Of a stretch of DNA of 64,000 nt, positions 58,803 to 64,000 are shown in pieces. Location: contig QPGO01000029.1 in NCBI GenBank assembly GCA_008632985.1, forward strand, positions 570,874-634,873. The letters are read 5' to 3'. A program made the position numbers and the translations under genes. Within the stretch, counting starts at the first letter, position 1, and each line of letters starts with the position of its first letter. Below the pieces are notes generated by a model. The model searched no databases, was not told the DNA's origin, and saw only the letters and a list, made by a program, of their open reading frames with translations. Source of the DNA: Psammoneis japonica. Its lineage: Eukaryota.

Positions 58803-61800
58803 CAACACCACATGGGTGCTGGAGTGATGAGAGTCAGAAAGAGCAGAGCAGACAAAACCCTCCTCCTCCCCAGTCACACAGCAAGCAGCAGATGTTGCAC
58901 CCAAGAAACAGGAAACCCAAAGAAGCCACCGGGGCAACAATTTTGCAACAAAGCTGGTTGGTGCTGCAGTGGACAAAGGCTGCAACTCCTGACATGCTGG
59001 CTGTCAAGGAAACAATGTGGACAGGTTTGGTCAGGCCTGCCTCCTGGTGGGTGGGATTGTTTGGCATCTGCATGTCCTTCAGGAAGTGCTGCACCGGTGC
59101 CCTCTGCTCTCTGGATGCTCTGCAGTGGCAGAGCCCTGTGGCTGGAGCAAAGAGTGGCATCCTCTCATTGCTTGGCACTCAGAGTCTGCTTCAGAGGGCT
59201 GAAAGCTCATGTGTGTGAGTGATTGAGCACATGGGGTTTTAACACGCTGTGTGCGATGGACAAAATTTTGCTGTGCATGCACACTGAACTTGTTTTGGCT
59301 GACATCCACCCACATTCCCAGCCACCACTCTAGTGAGACACTGCAGACCCTGCAAATGTTTTTCCTTCTAGCACATTTTGAGTTGCACACATTGAAATTT
59401 TAATCAGAAGGATCTTGACAGAGCACTCAATTAAAAAAGAACTGGCTTCAACTCTGTCTTTGGCAAATGCCATGTTCCATCACTCCACGCCAGCTCTTTG
59501 ATCACATTGACATGCCAACAAAACAATTTCTTTGTCCTCACAGAAACATGCTCCTGCCTGTGGCTCCTCATCCCAGTGTCAACCAGATTTGTGTGGCTTT
59601 GTGACAGTTCCAGCAAAGTCTCTTTTCCAGCATTTCAAAAGATTGTGAGGGCAACAGGACCAGCAGCAATCACACAGATCAGTCATTCCAGGGGTTTTTG
59701 TGAGACAAGTTCTCATGGTGTGTTTGTTGCATTTTGTTCATTTTCCACCACCAGCTTGACTTGTCTGTTTTTGGGAGGAACAAACAAACATCAGCCCCGC
59801 TGCAGTGTCCTGGGCTCATTCTTGTTCCTGTGGAGCTTGGCATGATTTTTGAATTGTTCTGACATGCACTCGGCTTTTTTGTTGTCATTCAGGACCAACT
59901 CCAGTGGCATTTTGAAGCAATCTGCATCATCAGTGCATGCAATGGAATGGCTGGCAAGCTTTTCCAAAGGTCTGACAGCAAATGTCTGGACTCTTTCTTG
60001 ATGTTTGCCACTCTTGTTTGGTCAGCTGCATCAAAATTCAAACACAAGCCTCTGCTCCAGCACAGCAAGTGTTGCACAAGTGTGTTGAATGGTTTGTCAT
60101 TGAGCCATTCACACAGCCCCACACAAACTGATGCAACATTTCAATGCTTTGGCATGAAAAGACTTCATCATGTCTTGATGACATGGTTGCATCAATGGCA
60201 ACATCTTCCTCATTGTCAACAAATTTTCAAAAACAATGTTGATCACACGTGCAAATCTGGAACCTCGCTGACATCCCCAGAATCACGCAGAGCATGGCAC
60301 AACAAGAGAATCTTGCTTTTGGGAGTGATTGCATGGGGAGTGACAGGGGCAATTGGCGGAGCACCTGTCAAGTAGTGTCCTCCTCATCACTCTGTGCAGA
60401 AGCACAACATCCCCCTGCTCTGCTTCAAGCAGTTGCCAATGTTGTTGAGAAAGTCAGCTGCCATGTTGAGAGACTGGAGCATGATGATGGAGAATTTCAA
60501 AATGCTGTTTTTTTCTGGGGGGAGTATCTCAGCAACAAAAAGGTCTCAAAAGCAGTGTTGGCATTGAATCCCTGAGGACACAGTCCATCAGCAGATGCAA
60601 ATTGAGTGAGGTTTTGTTGAATGAGCACCTGTGCAACTGCTGCATTGAGAAATGGCCCCTGCAACTTGGTGAAATGAGTCATCTCATTGCTGCTGCTGCT
60701 TGTTCACAACTGGATTTAAGAGTGGACTTAAGATTGAGAATCAAACTTGAGTCAATGTTTGACCTGCACCCTGTGCTGAGCCCCCCCCCCTTGAACAACA
60801 TCTTCAATTGCCATCTTGCTGCCACTGCTGTGGACCAAGTGTGTGCTTGATGCCATCCTGAAGTGACTCAAAGTCATTCACACAAAATCCATCTTTCTCA
60901 TGAACAAGAAAAGAAGCTCTGAATCTCTTCAGCACACTGCTGTTGCACCCTGCATGGCTCTGCCAATCACCTCAGTGCTCTCACCACCATTCACACCTGC
61001 AACTGTGGCTTTTTCATCATTGTGAGAAAGCAAAAAAAAAACAGAAATGACAGCAGCATGTGGCAGCAGCAAAAGTCATGTTGGTTGCAAGCAACCATCA
61101 ACAATTGTCAATGGCACAAGTGCAGTTGAAAAAACATCAATGACAAAACAATGCAGGCCCCAATGCAGCCACAGCTGCATGAGGTGGCCACCTGAGCTTT
61201 GCTGACTTCATCATGGTGCATGACCATGATTGGCCAAAAGTGGTGGGCAGGGGAAAACATGCTCAATGCACTCATCATGCCAACCGCCCACATTGAAGCT
61301 CTTTGCTCAGTTTAAACAAAGATCTTGTTTCCAAATGGCAGATTTTGTCACATGCTCAAATTGTGACATTTGACAGTTTTGTTGTGTTCTTTGCTCTCTT
61401 GTTCAAGGTTTCTGTGGCCTGTGTGTGCTGGCATGGCCTGGGAGAGATTTGATTCAGTTTGGTTTTCATTTTGGTGCACATGACACATCTGTTCATTGGA
61501 GTTCTGCAGTCATGCCAAAATTTGGCATGCTTGATGAGCTCCATTTCTTCTCCTGGGCTCTGTTGTTTGCTCTGTTTCAGGGGTTTCAATGGGTGGCACA
61601 TGCCCTGAGAAGCAAGTTTGATTGAGTTTGCTTCTCACCCATTTGTCAGAGCCTTGTTGTCAATGTCACCCATCCAATGCTTGAGCTCTGTTTCTTCTCC
61701 TTGGGCCAAGCTGTTTGTTTTTCTTGTGTTCAAGGTTCTTGTGGCACACCCCAAGAAGCAACTTTCATTGAACCCCCACTTGTTCAATTCTGGCACATGT

Positions 61801-63654
61801 GATTTGTGCCTGTTTGTTTGAGTCTTGCAATCAATGCCACTCATTTTAAACTCCAGCACTTGAGTTCTCTTTCTTTTCTTTTGCATTTGGCTTCACCACA
61901 GCCTTCACTTTTCCCTTCAGCTATTGTCCAGGCCAAAAGCTGTGGAGAGTTTTTTTTTGCCTCATCACTGGAAATTGGGGCAAGGGAGTGGCGCCACTTG
62001 AGGGCAAAACAATTTGAGCTGGAACTGACATCACAGCCAACTGCTTCAGTGTTGACTCACAGTTTTTTCATGTGCTTCTGCTTCAGTGAGTTGCTGAAGG
62101 ATTGCAGCCCATCATGGCATGTCAGCCATTGCATGTTTTCTTGTTTCTTGGCAACTGCATTTTGCTTTTCTGAAACTGCTCACTTGTTGTTGAGTGCAAC
62201 AAAGTTGCCCTTTGTTGATGCAGCAATTTTTTGTGCAGTTGCATCTTTTCTTGTGCATCTTGTCACTCATGATGCCCTTCTCCATTGCACTCATTTGGAG
62301 CTGAAAATCTGGCTTTGAGATGGTGCTCTGCATGCTCTCTCCATCATTGAAACCCTTTTGTCTGCCTGGTTGTCATTGCAGTGCTTTGACTTCATGTGTT
62401 GCAAAAAGGGCTCCCTGTGCCAATCTGTTGTGAAATGTTTGCAGCTGTGTCAGGAGGATGCTGGTCCCCTCTTGATGACCTGTCAGCCAAGCTGTTTTGG
62501 AAAATCAAAAGACTTTGGAATCTGTTTGTCAAGCATGCACTGAGCATGCAATTGAAACAAAAAAGATTTGAGTGTCCACCATGGCAACTTGTTGGCTAAA
62601 TCTGCAACAGAATGGCTGCTGCCATGCTCCTGCCAAACATGGCACCAGAAGTTCTTGTGACAAGAGCTTTGCTTTGCAGAGCCAGAAGAGATGTCAAGCA
62701 TGACAAACACAAGCTCTGTCATGTTCATGCATTGCCCCCACTGGTCAAATTCTCCTGCTCCTTTGTGCAAGTTCTGAAAGCATCTTTCTAAATCTGGCTG
62801 CACTGACTGAAAGGACTGAGAGTTCAAGAAATGTGCTGTTGTCCTCTAAAAGTTCATTCAACAATGACCCAGCATTTTTCAATGCCTTTTCTTCAAGAGT
62901 GCATGCAACTGCTTGGCAAATGATGCTCTTCCTCTGCACACCCCTGCTCTCAATCACTTTTTGTGGCCAACAAGATGACAAAATGGGCATGTCCAACCAC
63001 TGCTGGAACTTTGAGGCAAGAGGCAGTTTTCACAGGACAGACAATGTTGCAGTGAAGGACACACTGATGATTGTCAATGATGTGGTGAATTTGCATTTCT
63101 GGCTCAGGTTGAGTTGTGGGTCTTGTGATCACTGTTTGGCTTCTGCACCCAGCCAACATGGCAGTGGTGGTCAATGGCATCAGGAATGTGTTTGCAAGCC
63201 ATGTGGTGAGGTTGGGGTTGGTGAGACCAAACGTGTGCCAGTCCTCAAGCCTTGACACTCCAACACAGCAGCCAAAAAGGCACAGCACAAAACTCAAAGA
63301 AGCAGCATCATTCAAAGGAAAGGCTGCCTGGGAAGTCATCGGGGAATCCAAAGGCACAGGCTGGAAAGTCATCAGGAACCCAAAGGGGCAACTCATGTTG
63401 GCAGATTGTGGCAAACAAGCTGGCTGAACAAGGGCAAAGAAACAGTCTCTGGATGGCTTTGCTGTGAGAAAGCTGTCAAGGGTCCTCTGCTGAAAGAGGG
63501 TGCAGCACGGTTGCAATGGGCTGGAACAACATGGGCAAGGATGCAGCTGAGTGTGGAAGCACAAGAGGCTCAAATGCTGAGTCAGCTCATCAGGCAGATG
63601 GTTGCACAGCACCACAAGGAAAATTGGTGAGTGTGTCAGAAGAAAGTTTGGCCC

Positions 63655-63737
63655 AGAGATGCATGCACTGGCATCTCTGAGGCAGGAGAGCATGCCAAGA
63701 GATGCACGGACTGGCATCTCTGAGGCAGGAGAGCATG
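63655..63737. repeat. Tandem duplication, ~43 bp x2
   Basis: agagatgca(tgc/cgg)actggcatctctgaggcaggagagcatg occurs twice. Confidence 0.85.
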
Positions 63738-64000
63738 TCAAAAGAGCTGGAGCATCTGTTGGGAGATGCCACATCAGAGAAGGACAAGGCAACCTGGGGC
63801 AAGCATCAATGCAGTCACCATGTGAAACAGAGTGTGATCCACAAGACACAGAAGGTGAAAGGCATTTAACACAATTGTGGGACAGTGCACAAATGCTGTC
63901 CACCACAAGGTTGAAGGAGTGACAGAGTTGCAAAGGAGTGGGATGTGATGACAGCACTGTTGGAAATTCTCATGCAGATCTTGTTTGGTGCAAATGAGAA

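Larger units (their letters stand above)
55950..64000. other. TpA-erased, CpG-erased block E (runs off the window end)
   Basis: About 20 TA in ~8 kb by hand count. It begins with a converted CTAG-like stretch at 56015-56080. Confidence 0.9.

Noticed and set aside
15200..64000. Numerous 60-335 aa ORFs inside the TA-erased blocks as real genes
   Set aside because: They overlap on both strands, lack Tyr and have no recognisable intact domains. They are explained by loss of TAA/TAG stops.
55950..64000. Assignment to a named LTR/LINE/DNA transposon
   Set aside because: No RT, integrase, transposase, LTR pair or terminal repeats could be recognised by eye.

Overview
Eukaryotic nuclear DNA. It is probably from a diatom or related photosynthetic stramenopile (inference from short 75-115 nt GT-AG introns, compact genes, and a nucleus-encoded NusG with a bipartite-like plastid presequence). 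Gene-rich stretches carry an HMG-box protein, an F-box-like gene, two coiled-coil/low-complexity proteins, DMAP1/SWC4, CDH1/FZR, a NusG-KOW-SAP protein, a DDT-WHIM1-PHD protein, a CDK-like kinase, an SMC3 pseudogene, APC1, a type I membrane protein, UBC1/UBE2K, a 5-exon ATG101 not resolved by the ORF track, and an ERGIC3/Erv46-like gene. The most striking signal is five sharply bounded blocks (~15.2-17.5, 20.3-27.0, 37.6-40.4, 51.9-54.2 and 56.0-64.0 kb) in which TpA is almost erased, CpG is variably depleted and TpG/CpA are very abundant. Internal duplicates differ by TA>TG, CG>TG and reciprocal CA/TG swaps, and surviving TA sites are mostly YTAR. This suggests a strand-symmetric, RIP-like hypermutation of silenced DNA aimed at TAY (A>G), in addition to CpG decay. 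A family of TA-rich CTAG/CTAC/GTAG low-complexity intergenic elements often sits at block edges and is progressively converted there. All counts were made by hand and are approximate.
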